Shown: positions 11,535-19,751, counted from the first letter of the stretch. The stretch: DNA of 64,000 nucleotides from Alphaproteobacteria bacterium (GCA_017503725.1 JAFVSL010000003.1:6236-70235), one strand, 5' to 3'. Numbers and translations: made by a program. Notes: generated by a model from the sequence alone, not told the origin.

Positions 11535-12095
11535 TTACTTTTTCTGTAAGATCAAGAATCTTGCCCGACCATATGTTTTGTCTCGCACAATGTTCCATTT
11601 TTTTTCGTTTGGGGCGACCGCGTTTTGTGCATCTTGTTCCCAGATAACAATCATTCCGCGCTTTGCCACGCGGGCCAGTCCCTTTAAAAAACCCAAGCCC
11701 ATTTCTGGGTGCGCATATGGCGGGTCCAAGAATACCAGGTCAACCATCCCCCCATATGTTGGAATTGCCATCATTGCATCCGTTTTGCGTATGCGTGCGA
11801 TTGCGCCAAGTCCCAACAGTGACAGATTTGACCGGATTGTCTGCAAAGACGTTGGTGAATTATCTGTAAATAAAACTTGGACCCCTTGGTATCGTGACAG
11901 GCATTCCAATCCAAACGCCCCTGATCCCGCAAATGCATCCCAGATTATTAGGTTTGGCCGCGCCTGAAATACGCCGGATTCCATCATATTAAAAAGCGCG
12001 ATTCGCGCACGATTTTGTGTTGGGCGCGCATCTGGGGGCAAAAATAACTTTCGCCCGCGGAAACGCCCTGAAATAATTTGCAAATTCGATTCCAT
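11535..12095 (-). CDS. rsmD: 16S rRNA (guanine966-N2)-methyltransferase RsmD
   Basis: RGRKL..P....RPT..R.R.ALFN start, DAFAGSGAFGLECLSR SAM motif and FLDPPY catalytic motif. Confidence 0.85.
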   Translation of the reverse strand: MESNLQIISGRFRGRKLFLPPDARPTQNRARIALFNMMESGVFQARPNLIIWDAFAGSGAFGLECLSRYQGVQVLFTDNSPTSLQTIRSNLSLLGLGAIARIRKTDAMMAIPTYGGMVDLVFLDPPYAHPEMGLGFLKGLARVAKRGMIVIWEQDAQNAVAPNEKKWNIVRDKTYGRARFLILQKK

Positions 12096-12112
12096 AATGT
12101 AAAGTATAACGT

Positions 12113-12562
12113 ATGAAGTTTATGAAACAAGCATTTATTTTGGCCAACCGTGCCAAATCCCACGACGATGTTCCAATCGGCGCCGTAATTGTGCGTGATG
12201 GAAAAATCATTGCACGTGGCGAAAACCAGGTTCAATATAAAAAGAATCCAACCCTGCACGCGGAAATAGTCGCAATAAATCGTGCGTGCAAGAAATTGGG
12301 AACAAAATTCTTGGACGATTGCGATATCTATGTGACACTGGAACCGTGTGCGATGTGTGCAACCGCGATATCGTTTGCCCGCATAAAAAACATATATTTT
12401 GCCGCAACCGATGAAAAGGGCGGTGGAATCACATCCAACGCACGTATTTATGAAACCGACCGCCACCTTTGGCGACCGTCTGTGCACCAGGTGCCCGAAT
12501 ATGCGGACGAATCTGCACAAATGTTGCGAGATTTTTTTGCATTGCGTCGTAAAAAACAATAA
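12113..12562 (+). CDS. tadA: tRNA-specific adenosine deaminase TadA
   Basis: CDA-fold zinc motifs HAEIVAI and PCAMCATAI. Size of 149 aa fits. Confidence 0.9.
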   Translation: MKFMKQAFILANRAKSHDDVPIGAVIVRDGKIIARGENQVQYKKNPTLHAEIVAINRACKKLGTKFLDDCDIYVTLEPCAMCATAISFARIKNIYFAATDEKGGGITSNARIYETDRHLWRPSVHQVPEYADESAQMLRDFFALRRKKQ

Positions 12563-12589
12563 AAAAACCGGCAATCGCCGGGTTTTTTA
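12561..12589. terminator. bidirectional terminator (tadA / gpmI)
   Basis: aaaaaaaccggcaatcgccggtttttt. Confidence 0.8.
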
Positions 12590-14062
12590 AATAAGTGGCT
12601 TTCCCGTCATATCATCGGGCTGTTTTATCCCCAGTATTTTCAGCATTGTCGGCGCAATATCACTTAGACCGCCGTCGTGCACCACGGCCGGCGGATTATT
12701 CGATACCACAATCAAATTTACCGGATTTGTTGTGTGTGCCGTCCACGGGGCACTGTTTTTAATGTCCCACATTTGTTCTGCATTACCGTGGTCTGCCGTA
12801 ATCAAGACTGTCCCATCCAACGCCAACACCGCCGGCACCAATCGCGCTAATTGCGCGTCCAATGTTTCCATTGCGCGCACCGCTGCATCAATATTGCCGG
12901 TATGCCCAACCATATCCCCATTGGCCCAGTTCAAAATTACAACATCGTAATCCCCCAGTACCGGCAACAGTGCGTCTGTGATTTCGATTGCGGACATTTC
13001 CGGCTTTAAATCAAATGTCGCAACATCGGGTGACGGGACCAGAATCTTTTTTTCACCCGCATAGTCAATATTGCGTTCCGCGTCCATAAAATATGTGACG
13101 TGGTTGTATTTTTCGGTTTCTGCAATGCGCAGTTGCGACAGTCCATTTTCAGCCAGCACATCCCCCAAAGTATTTTCAACAACTTCGTCATCAATAAGTG
13201 CGGGGCATACCTCATTTAGCCCCTCGCCATATTGGGAAAAGCACAACACGCGAACGCCTGTTTTAACTATCTCGCGCATAATTTGGCGGGCACGATCACT
13301 GCGATAATTCCCGAATATAAATCCGTCGCGCTTTGTAATTGGCACGTCGCCGTTTATAACGGTTGGTTTGATAAATTCATCCGTTTCGCCACGTGCATAT
13401 GCATCACGCAGCGCGTCGTCAATTGTCGCCGCGCGATATTCAGATTTTGCCATTGCAATTGCGTCAATGGCCAATTCCGTGCGGTCCATATTGTTGTTTC
13501 GATCCATTGCATAGTATCGCCCAGACAGTGTCCCCCAAAACGCGCGTCCATCCGCGAAATAGGGGGCCAAAGTATCCTTAATCAAATCGACATACTTTTT
13601 TGCAGACTGTGGTGGTGTGTCACGCCCGTCGGCGATAAAGTGAATACACACGCGTAACCCCGAATCCAATACGTATTTTGCGATTGTCATAATGTCACGG
13701 ATATCCGAATGAACGCGCCCGTCACTCATCAGACCTGCGATATGCACAATTCCGCCAGATACCTTGATGTCGGCGACAAATGCGTTCAGTGCAACGTTTT
13801 TATTCCAGTCTTCGACCTCGAACCGGCGCAAGAATTGATTCACAACACGTCCGGCACCGATTGTAATGTGTCCGACCTCTGAATTTCCCATTGTTCCCGC
13901 CGGCAGGCCCACCGCCACCCCGCTGGCGTCCAGTTTTGAATGTGGATATTTGCAAAGCAAACCACCAAAAAACGGCATCTTTGCCATTGTAACCGCATTG
14001 TTTGTGCGTTCTGGATTTATTCCAACGCCGTCCATAATACATAAAACAAGTGGTTTTTTCAT
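12587..14062 (-). CDS. gpmI: 2,3-bisphosphoglycerate-independent phosphoglycerate mutase
   Basis: MKKPLVLCIMDGVG start (18 codons inside the track ORF), NSEVGH and ITADHGNAE motifs. About 491 aa. Confidence 0.92.
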   Translation of the reverse strand: MKKPLVLCIMDGVGINPERTNNAVTMAKMPFFGGLLCKYPHSKLDASGVAVGLPAGTMGNSEVGHITIGAGRVVNQFLRRFEVEDWNKNVALNAFVADIKVSGGIVHIAGLMSDGRVHSDIRDIMTIAKYVLDSGLRVCIHFIADGRDTPPQSAKKYVDLIKDTLAPYFADGRAFWGTLSGRYYAMDRNNNMDRTELAIDAIAMAKSEYRAATIDDALRDAYARGETDEFIKPTVINGDVPITKRDGFIFGNYRSDRARQIMREIVKTGVRVLCFSQYGEGLNEVCPALIDDEVVENTLGDVLAENGLSQLRIAETEKYNHVTYFMDAERNIDYAGEKKILVPSPDVATFDLKPEMSAIEITDALLPVLGDYDVVILNWANGDMVGHTGNIDAAVRAMETLDAQLARLVPAVLALDGTVLITADHGNAEQMWDIKNSAPWTAHTTNPVNLIVVSNNPPAVVHDGGLSDIAPTMLKILGIKQPDDMTGKPLI

Positions 14063-14173
14063 ATCAACTCCGTATTTTATCGACATTATACACGTTTTTT
14101 GATTGCAAAATAACATAAAATTTATACAATTACAGGTTGTATAAGATATTGTTCATATCACAGGAGAAAACAT

Positions 14174-14596
14174 ATGGCAGGAAAACCATACATCCCAACA
14201 GTTGTTGACGAACACATTGGTCGTCGTATTCAGTTGCGTCGTAATATGCTGGGGCTGTCCCAGAAAGATTTGGCCGACGCCTGTGGCGTCACCTTTCAAC
14301 AGGTTCAGAAATATGAAACGGCGGGTAATCGCGTTGCGGCATCGCGCTTGTTTGAAATTGGTATTGCGATGGATACGCCGGTGTCTTTTTTCTTTATGGG
14401 GTTGCCGGGTAATTTGCCAGACGAAACCAAGACCACGCGTTCCCAGCCGGCGATGCGCGTATGTTCCAGCGCGGCCGATGATCCAATGGGAAAAAACGAA
14501 ACATTAGAATTGATAAAGTTGTATTGGAAATTGGGTGATAGCAACAAACGCGAAGCCGTCTTGAATCTATTAAAAACAATGAATGGAATCGAATAA
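14174..14596 (+). CDS. XRE-family helix-turn-helix transcriptional regulator
   Basis: RIQLRRNMLGLSQKDLADACGVTFQQVQKYETAGNRVAASRLFEI is a Cro/C1-type HTH. Confidence 0.8.
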   Translation: MAGKPYIPTVVDEHIGRRIQLRRNMLGLSQKDLADACGVTFQQVQKYETAGNRVAASRLFEIGIAMDTPVSFFFMGLPGNLPDETKTTRSQPAMRVCSSAADDPMGKNETLELIKLYWKLGDSNKREAVLNLLKTMNGIE

Positions 14597-14621
14597 AAAA
14601 CCGCCGATTGGCGGTTTTTTA
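14595..14621. terminator. bidirectional terminator (XRE gene / bamD)
   Basis: aaaaaaccgccgattggcggtttttt. Confidence 0.8.
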
Positions 14622-15347
14622 TTTTAATTTTTTTGTCCATTCGTTATCAGGAAAGTTTAATTTTAACATTTCGCTGTACCCATACGCCTGTTCCGGCAGG
14701 CCAATCGCCGTATAACATTCCGTCAGGCGATACATTGCCTCTGGTGTCATAACGGTTTCTTGGGCGCCCGACACAACCGATTGCAGGTGTGAAATCGCAC
14801 TGGGCCAATTTTCGCGTGCCATATCATTGCGTGCGGCATACATAATTTTTCCCGCGATATAGTTTTTAAGAATGTTAATCTTGTTTTCTGCATTTTTTGC
14901 ATATGGGCTTTTTGGGAAACGTTGTACCAGGTTTTGAAATTCTGCCAACGCATATGCAGACATCCCCGGTTCACGACGAACATCGCTGACCTGGCGGTAA
15001 TAGCACATTCCGCGCAAATACATCATATATGCCACGTCCCTGTGCCCGGGGTGAAAGCGCATATATCGGTCAATCGCCAAAATCGCAGATGCAAAATCAC
15101 CGTCCATATAGTATGAATATGCACTCATCACCAATGCATCCGCGGCCCAGGGACTGGATGGATATTGTGTTTCAGCCTTTTGAAATTCCAGTGCCGCCAT
15201 TTCGTAATTTTCATCATTAAATTCCGCGTATGCGGTCTTGTATATTTCGTCCAATGGCATCTGTGCGACAATTTCGTTATCAGACGCGCCCGCGCACGCC
15301 CCCAGGATTCCCGTACACGCCAATAGCATAAATAATTTTTTCATCAC
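14619..15347 (-). CDS. bamD: outer membrane protein assembly factor BamD (TPR lipoprotein)
   Basis: Lipoprotein signal with lipobox LGAC, TPR-like repeats, and YPSSPWA / FPKSPYA motifs typical of YfiO/BamD. Confidence 0.85.
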   Translation of the reverse strand: MMKKLFMLLACTGILGACAGASDNEIVAQMPLDEIYKTAYAEFNDENYEMAALEFQKAETQYPSSPWAADALVMSAYSYYMDGDFASAILAIDRYMRFHPGHRDVAYMMYLRGMCYYRQVSDVRREPGMSAYALAEFQNLVQRFPKSPYAKNAENKINILKNYIAGKIMYAARNDMARENWPSAISHLQSVVSGAQETVMTPEAMYRLTECYTAIGLPEQAYGYSEMLKLNFPDNEWTKKLK

Positions 15348-15397
15348 GTATATTCCTGCCTTGATTTTAGTTTGATGAACGCAGTATAATCCAAACT

Positions 15398-16861
15398 ATG
15401 AAACTAGGCAAACATATTTTCGGTGTCGGCGCAATGACCGGCATCAGTCGTATTTTCGGATTTATTCGCGATATGCTTATCGCGCGCGTATTGGGGGCGG
15501 GGCGCCTGTCCGACGTGTTCCTGGCGGCGTTCAAGTTGCCGAATTTGTTCCGTGACCTGTTGGGCGAAGGGGCATTGTCTGCGATATTTATCCCAATGTA
15601 TACCGATTTAAAGAAAGATGATTCTTTTGCCAAGAATGTGTTTTCCTGGCTGATGGTTGTGCTGCTTGGGATAACAATCCTGTTTGAAATATTTATGCCG
15701 GTGGTTATATGGATTTTGGCGCCTGGGTTTGATGCAGACCCGGGCAAGATTGATTTAACCATCACAATTGCGCGCATAATGTTTGTATATGTAATATTTG
15801 TGTGTGGTGCGGCGTTTTTATCGGCGATTTTGAACGCTTTTTCGCGGTTTTTGTTGGCGGCATTTATGCCGGTGTTGCTAAACATTATGTTAATTGGTGC
15901 ATTGGTGTGCGCGATTGTATTCGGCTCGGAAAATGTACTGTATCTTATGGCGAGCACGGTTGTCTTGTCCGGGGTAATTCAGTTTGGAATTTTATGGTCG
16001 CGCATACGTCGTCGGCACTTTGGATTGCGCCTGGTGGTACCACGCTGGACCCCGGGGATAAAGAATCTGTTTAAACGCCTGGGGGTCAGTATCGTTGGCA
16101 CCGGCTTTTATCAGATAACGATGATAATCGGTACCTTTGTCGCCAGTTTCCAAAGCGGGGCCGTATCGTGGCTTTATTATTCGGACAGAATTGTTCAGTT
16201 ACCGTTTGCGATGATTGGCCTGGCGGTGGGGACGGTTTTAATGTCTTCGATATCAAATGCCCTGGCGGATAAAAATATGCGCAGTGTTTATTTACAGCAA
16301 AATTCATCAATGCGCCGTTCGCTTATGTTGATATTGCCGTGCGTTGTGGGACTGGTTGTCTTGGCGGAACCGATAATAAGATATTTGTTTGAATATGGTG
16401 CGTGGACATCTGCATCAACAACGGCGGTTGCGAATGCGATAATGATTCAGGTCTTGGTCCTGCCTGCGATGCTGGTCAGCCAGATTTACAGTAAAACTCT
16501 TTACGCGTCCCAGGACGTTAAAACCCCGGTCAAGACCAGTATGGTATCATTGGGGGTGGCGGCGGTGCTTTATTTGGCGCTGTTCCCGGTTGTTGGATAC
16601 TTGGCAATACCGATTGGTGTTGTGGTCAGTGGTTATTTGAAAAATTATTTACTGGGGCGGGCGTGCCGTCGGCGCGGATTGGTGCATCACGATGGCCGAA
16701 CCATACGTGCGATTGTCGCGTTTGGTCTGTGGGCGACGATTGTTGGTATGGGCCTGTATTTAGTGCCGGTACACAGTATTTGGATGTTGGCACTTGCAAT
16801 TGTTGGCTATGGAATTGTATATTTGCCGGTGGCATATATAATCGACCGCAAATTAAAGTAA
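15398..16861 (+). CDS. murJ: lipid II flippase MurJ (MviN)
   Basis: GISRIFGFIRDMLIARVLGAG...DVFLAAFKLPNLFRDLLGEGALSAIFIP matches the MurJ N-terminus. Polytopic membrane protein of 487 aa. Confidence 0.9.
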   Translation: MKLGKHIFGVGAMTGISRIFGFIRDMLIARVLGAGRLSDVFLAAFKLPNLFRDLLGEGALSAIFIPMYTDLKKDDSFAKNVFSWLMVVLLGITILFEIFMPVVIWILAPGFDADPGKIDLTITIARIMFVYVIFVCGAAFLSAILNAFSRFLLAAFMPVLLNIMLIGALVCAIVFGSENVLYLMASTVVLSGVIQFGILWSRIRRRHFGLRLVVPRWTPGIKNLFKRLGVSIVGTGFYQITMIIGTFVASFQSGAVSWLYYSDRIVQLPFAMIGLAVGTVLMSSISNALADKNMRSVYLQQNSSMRRSLMLILPCVVGLVVLAEPIIRYLFEYGAWTSASTTAVANAIMIQVLVLPAMLVSQIYSKTLYASQDVKTPVKTSMVSLGVAAVLYLALFPVVGYLAIPIGVVVSGYLKNYLLGRACRRRGLVHHDGRTIRAIVAFGLWATIVGMGLYLVPVHSIWMLALAIVGYGIVYLPVAYIIDRKLK

Positions 16862-16931
16862 AAATAAATTTGAATACGTCCCTGTTTTGTGATAAAATAC
16901 AATCATAAAAGAATGTAAGGAGTCACAAAAT

Positions 16932-17837
16932 ATGAAAAAAATAGTTTCCTTGGCGGTATTAACTGCATTGGTGTCCGCGTGTGCGGATTTAAGTACAACA
17001 TCTCAGCCTGCGGGTTATGGCGCGGATGGCTTTGGCGAAGAAACCTTGGTTGCGGCACCTGCGGCCGAACAATCATTGAATACGGATGCGTATTTGTTGG
17101 CGCCGGCACCAAAATATTACATTGGCACCGCGTACAAGGTCGAAGATGTTCAATACATCCCGGTCGAAGATATGTCTTATAACCAGACGGGTGTTGCGGG
17201 CATCATTCCAACTGAATTAAATGGCACCAAGACCAGCAATGGTGAAACATTTGATGCCGGTCAATTATTGGCGACCAGCAAAACATTACCATTGCCAACA
17301 ATTGCACGTGTGACAAATCTGGATAATGGTCAGTCTGTTGTTGTGCGTGTAAATAATCGTGGTCCATTTGTAAATACACGTATTATGGACTTGTCACCGG
17401 CGGCTGCACAAAAAATCGGTCTGAATGGCCAGGGCAAGGTCCAGGTCCAAGTTATGGTTAATGAATCCAACGCGGTCAAGGCCGCAACCCTGGGTGCAAA
17501 TACACCGGCCCAACCGGCGGTTGTTGCGGCCCCGGTTGTAACCGAGACGGTTGCCGTTGCCACGACCCCGGTTGAAACACCGGCACCCGTTGCCACCGGC
17601 GATTACAGTGTACAGGTTGCCGCATTCTATGCCGAAGATAGTGCAACAACATTGGCAAATCGTATGAAAACATACGGCGATGCGGTTGTTGTTAACGAGG
17701 GCGATATGTACAAGGTTCGCATTATCAACCTGGATGCAACCCAGGCACGTGGTGTAATTGATGCCCTGCGTAATAACGAGGGTATGGCCCCCGGCTTATT
17801 AAAATCCGGTCGTTGGGTCAACGCCGACAGCATTTAA
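16932..17837 (+). CDS. rlpA: septal ring lytic transglycosylase RlpA family lipoprotein with SPOR domain
   Basis: Lipobox VSAC. DPBB core TSNGETFD...TLPLPTIARVTNLDNGQSVVVRVNNRGPF. C-terminal SPOR domain (YSVQVAAFYAEDSATTLANRM). Confidence 0.88.
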   Translation: MKKIVSLAVLTALVSACADLSTTSQPAGYGADGFGEETLVAAPAAEQSLNTDAYLLAPAPKYYIGTAYKVEDVQYIPVEDMSYNQTGVAGIIPTELNGTKTSNGETFDAGQLLATSKTLPLPTIARVTNLDNGQSVVVRVNNRGPFVNTRIMDLSPAAAQKIGLNGQGKVQVQVMVNESNAVKAATLGANTPAQPAVVAAPVVTETVAVATTPVETPAPVATGDYSVQVAAFYAEDSATTLANRMKTYGDAVVVNEGDMYKVRIINLDATQARGVIDALRNNEGMAPGLLKSGRWVNADSI

Positions 17838-17869
17838 AAAAATCCCCGCCAAATGGCGGGATTTTTTTT
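17836..17869 (+). terminator. rho-independent terminator after rlpA
   Basis: aaaaaaatccccgccaaatggcgggatttttttt. Confidence 0.85.
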
Positions 17870-17959
17870 CAAAGTTCAAAGTGCATAGTGCAAAGTTCAA
17901 TTAATGAATACATAATACTTAGATAAATAAAAGTTTATTTAACAAAAACGTTTCAGATT

Positions 17960-18118
17960 TTTGTCATTCCGGGGCGTATCGGGCCCCGAAAAATTCAAAT
18001 GAATTTTTTGGGTGATGGTGCCCCCGGAATCCAGGTGTAGGCAAATAAAAAGGAAATATGACCTGGGTCCCGTGGTCAAGCCACGGGATGACAGAATTTT
18101 TTTTGCAAAAAATTCTGT
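17960..18118. repeat. small palindromic MITE/REP-like elements (gtcattccgggg...ccccggaat and cccgtggtcaagccacggg types)
   Basis: Hairpin-forming GC-rich palindromes. Spurious ORFs across them translate to 'VVKPRDD' and 'WIPGSSPGMT'-type peptides, as known for short palindromic repeats of intracellular proteobacteria. Copy 1 carries an extra nested palindrome (ccccgaaaaattcaaatgaattttttggg) that copy 2 lacks. Confidence 0.7.
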
Positions 18119-18155
18119 TGTACTTCCTGCGATAAACTTTTATTTATATAAGCAA

Positions 18156-18184
18156 TTGCGCAAATGGAAACAATCGGTTATAAT
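18156..18184 (+). promoter_or_regulatory. sigma70-type promoter TTGCGC-N17-TATAAT of cassette 1
   Basis: -35 at 18156-18161 and -10 at 18179-18184 with 17-nt spacing. The same geometry (TTGCGT-N17-TATAAT) sits at the equivalent position of copy 2. Confidence 0.7.
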
Positions 18185-18190
18185 AATCGT

Positions 18191-18422
18191 GTTATGGTGA
18201 TTTTGCCATAATGAGGTGTAGTGACCTCTGTACTGGTGTCGGAATACAAAACTATGCCCATAGCGGTGTCGGTGGCGTATTCTGATAAATAGCTCCTGAT
18301 ATTGACGTCAGGAGGGTTGCGAATATATTGAATAAGCACACAATTCCAGTAATTGTCACTAACCTCCTGGCCACTCGTGAGAACGCGTGGTTTTTTCTTG
18401 TTAAAAAAAGGAGAAAAAGACA
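18191..18422 (+). promoter_or_regulatory. conserved ~230-nt 5' leader (candidate cis-regulatory RNA) of cassette 1
   Basis: Elements in order:
- +1 palindrome TTATGGTGATTTTGCCATAA (18192-18211)
- 24-codon uORF (18211-18285)
- helix CTCCTGA/TCAGGAG (18293-18299 / 18308-18314)
- alternative partner AACCTCCTG (18361-18369)
- hairpin plus T-run (18371-18396)
- SD aggag and ATG 18423
All are mirrored in copy 2. Confidence 0.6.
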
Positions 18423-18902
18423 ATGAAAAAAATATTGTTTGCGTTATTGCTTTTTGGAACGACTACCCATAGTAATGCAGCGACAGATTCCCAACAACTA
18501 TGTCATCCGTATGCAAACACCAGCCTTGCCGCAGAGTGCACTGTAATAAAAACAAATGCAATTGGTGCAGACGTATCTTGTTCACATCCGCTACTTGACA
18601 AGCCAGTAATGATCCATATTGTATCCAGATGCACATCGGATAGATTGGACTGTGTCGCACCTGGCTGTTCTAGCACTTTAGGGTTAACCTCTTTTAGACA
18701 AAAATATACTGCAGAATATCCTTTGCGATATTGTTGGTGCCAACGAACCGAACCGACAATGTCAGGTTTTGTCTACGCAACTGATGATGGGGATGTAGAC
18801 CGCTGTTCAAAAAACTGCGCAGAAACCTGTGCGGACATTTTAACAACCAAGAACCTTACAACCGTTCGTCGTAATCTACTTCAAGGTGTAGTAGTTTTTT
18901 AA
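18423..18902 (+). CDS. secreted cysteine-rich protein, 'YC[WF]C' family (159 aa)
   Basis: Signal peptide MKKILFALLLFGTTTHSNA. 14 Cys in the mature part. Core motif RYCWCQRTEPTMSGFVYA...CSKNCAETCA is shared with the ORFs at 18921 and 35467. Confidence 0.75.
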   Translation: MKKILFALLLFGTTTHSNAATDSQQLCHPYANTSLAAECTVIKTNAIGADVSCSHPLLDKPVMIHIVSRCTSDRLDCVAPGCSSTLGLTSFRQKYTAEYPLRYCWCQRTEPTMSGFVYATDDGDVDRCSKNCAETCADILTTKNLTTVRRNLLQGVVVF

Positions 18903-18920
18903 ATAACAAGAGGCAGAATT

Positions 18921-19724
18921 ATGAATAAGAAATTTATAAACGCTTTTATATTTGTTTTATGCGCAAACACAGCGATAGCACGTTCTGTGACCCTGTGTGT
19001 CAATCCAGACATACTTAACACATCTGTGACAAATTGGACCATTGGCACGGGCATAATCCAAAATTCAGGGAGTGGATACATCAATTTTAAAGCAAGAGTT
19101 ACAATCAACGACGGTGCCAATTATTTTATGTATACTAACGTATTGATTGATTCAAGATGCGGCAAAGTTTTAGATACGAACGTGTACAATAAGGCTTTTA
19201 ATGAGGACGATTTCTTAAACGATGCACATACAGGCAACAGCTATTGTTTCTGTAAAATGGTACGCCCATTCGTAACCCCATATTTTGCAGCCACATATGG
19301 ACCGCAAACTTCGATCCCCTATGATAATTGCGTTAATAACTGCGCTTATTATTGTGCGCATACTGTTCCAAGAGACGGTTTTCCAAACTTCATACTGGGT
19401 CAGCTTTTCAATATGCCAAATTTTGGAACTGACTATATTTCTACAGATGCTGTAACGAGAGGCCAATGCCCAACGAATTATTTGCCTATCGAAAAGGACG
19501 GCGTTGGTTTTGAAACTGATTGTACAGACACCGGTGGCACAGTATACACTAACTCCGTATTTGACTATGCCACGGCAGTAACCAGTTGCTTTTCCTCCGA
19601 TTTAGTTCCTGGCGAACCTTGTGCGATGTTTTATTGGGGCGGATATGAAGGCTCTGACGCAAGTGGCTACTTTTCTATAAAATCTAAAATATGCAATGAA
19701 TTCCCAGCAGAAGGGCTGTTTTAA
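18921..19724 (+). CDS. secreted cysteine-rich protein, 'YC[WF]C' family with C-terminal G-x-Y-x-x-D-x-SG module (267 aa)
   Basis: Signal peptide MNKKFINAFIFVLCANTAIA. Core SYCFCKMVRPFVTPYFA...CVNNCAYYCA. The C-terminus CAMFYWGGYEGSDASGYFSIKSKIC resembles the C-termini of the 34976 ORF and the giant protein. Confidence 0.75.
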   Translation: MNKKFINAFIFVLCANTAIARSVTLCVNPDILNTSVTNWTIGTGIIQNSGSGYINFKARVTINDGANYFMYTNVLIDSRCGKVLDTNVYNKAFNEDDFLNDAHTGNSYCFCKMVRPFVTPYFAATYGPQTSIPYDNCVNNCAYYCAHTVPRDGFPNFILGQLFNMPNFGTDYISTDAVTRGQCPTNYLPIEKDGVGFETDCTDTGGTVYTNSVFDYATAVTSCFSSDLVPGEPCAMFYWGGYEGSDASGYFSIKSKICNEFPAEGLF

Positions 19725-19751
19725 AAAATCCCCCGTTTGGGGGATTTTTTA
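19723..19751. terminator. bidirectional terminator (cassette 1 / rnj)
   Basis: aaaaaatcccccgtttgggggatttttt; the hairpin core matches the one at 7828-7859. Confidence 0.85.

Larger units (their letters stand above)
17908..18422 (+). repeat. inverted duplicate, copy 1 (~515 bp non-coding block: upstream region + promoter + 5' leader)
   Basis: Aligns by eye along its whole length with the reverse complement of 35917-36418. Long identical runs include gacctgggtcccgtggtcaagccacgggatgacagaatttttt, tacttcctgcgataaacttttatttat and gtcaggagggttgcgaatatattgaataagcacacaattc. Confidence 0.9.

Noticed and set aside
15367-15957. 196-aa ORF antisense to murJ, and similar long antisense ORFs: 11984-12574 over tadA, 24204-24710 over lepB, 30223-30864 over rpoD, 33938-34642 over tig, 32526-33017 over rplM.
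   Set aside because: Each is antisense to a confidently identified conserved gene. Their translations are compositionally odd and lack starts with an SD.
17870-17907. Direct repeats caaagttcaa...agtgca-t-agtgca...aagttcaa just upstream of leader copy 1, as a regulator binding site.
   Set aside because: They are not present at the equivalent position of copy 2, and they lie outside the conserved block. There is too little evidence.
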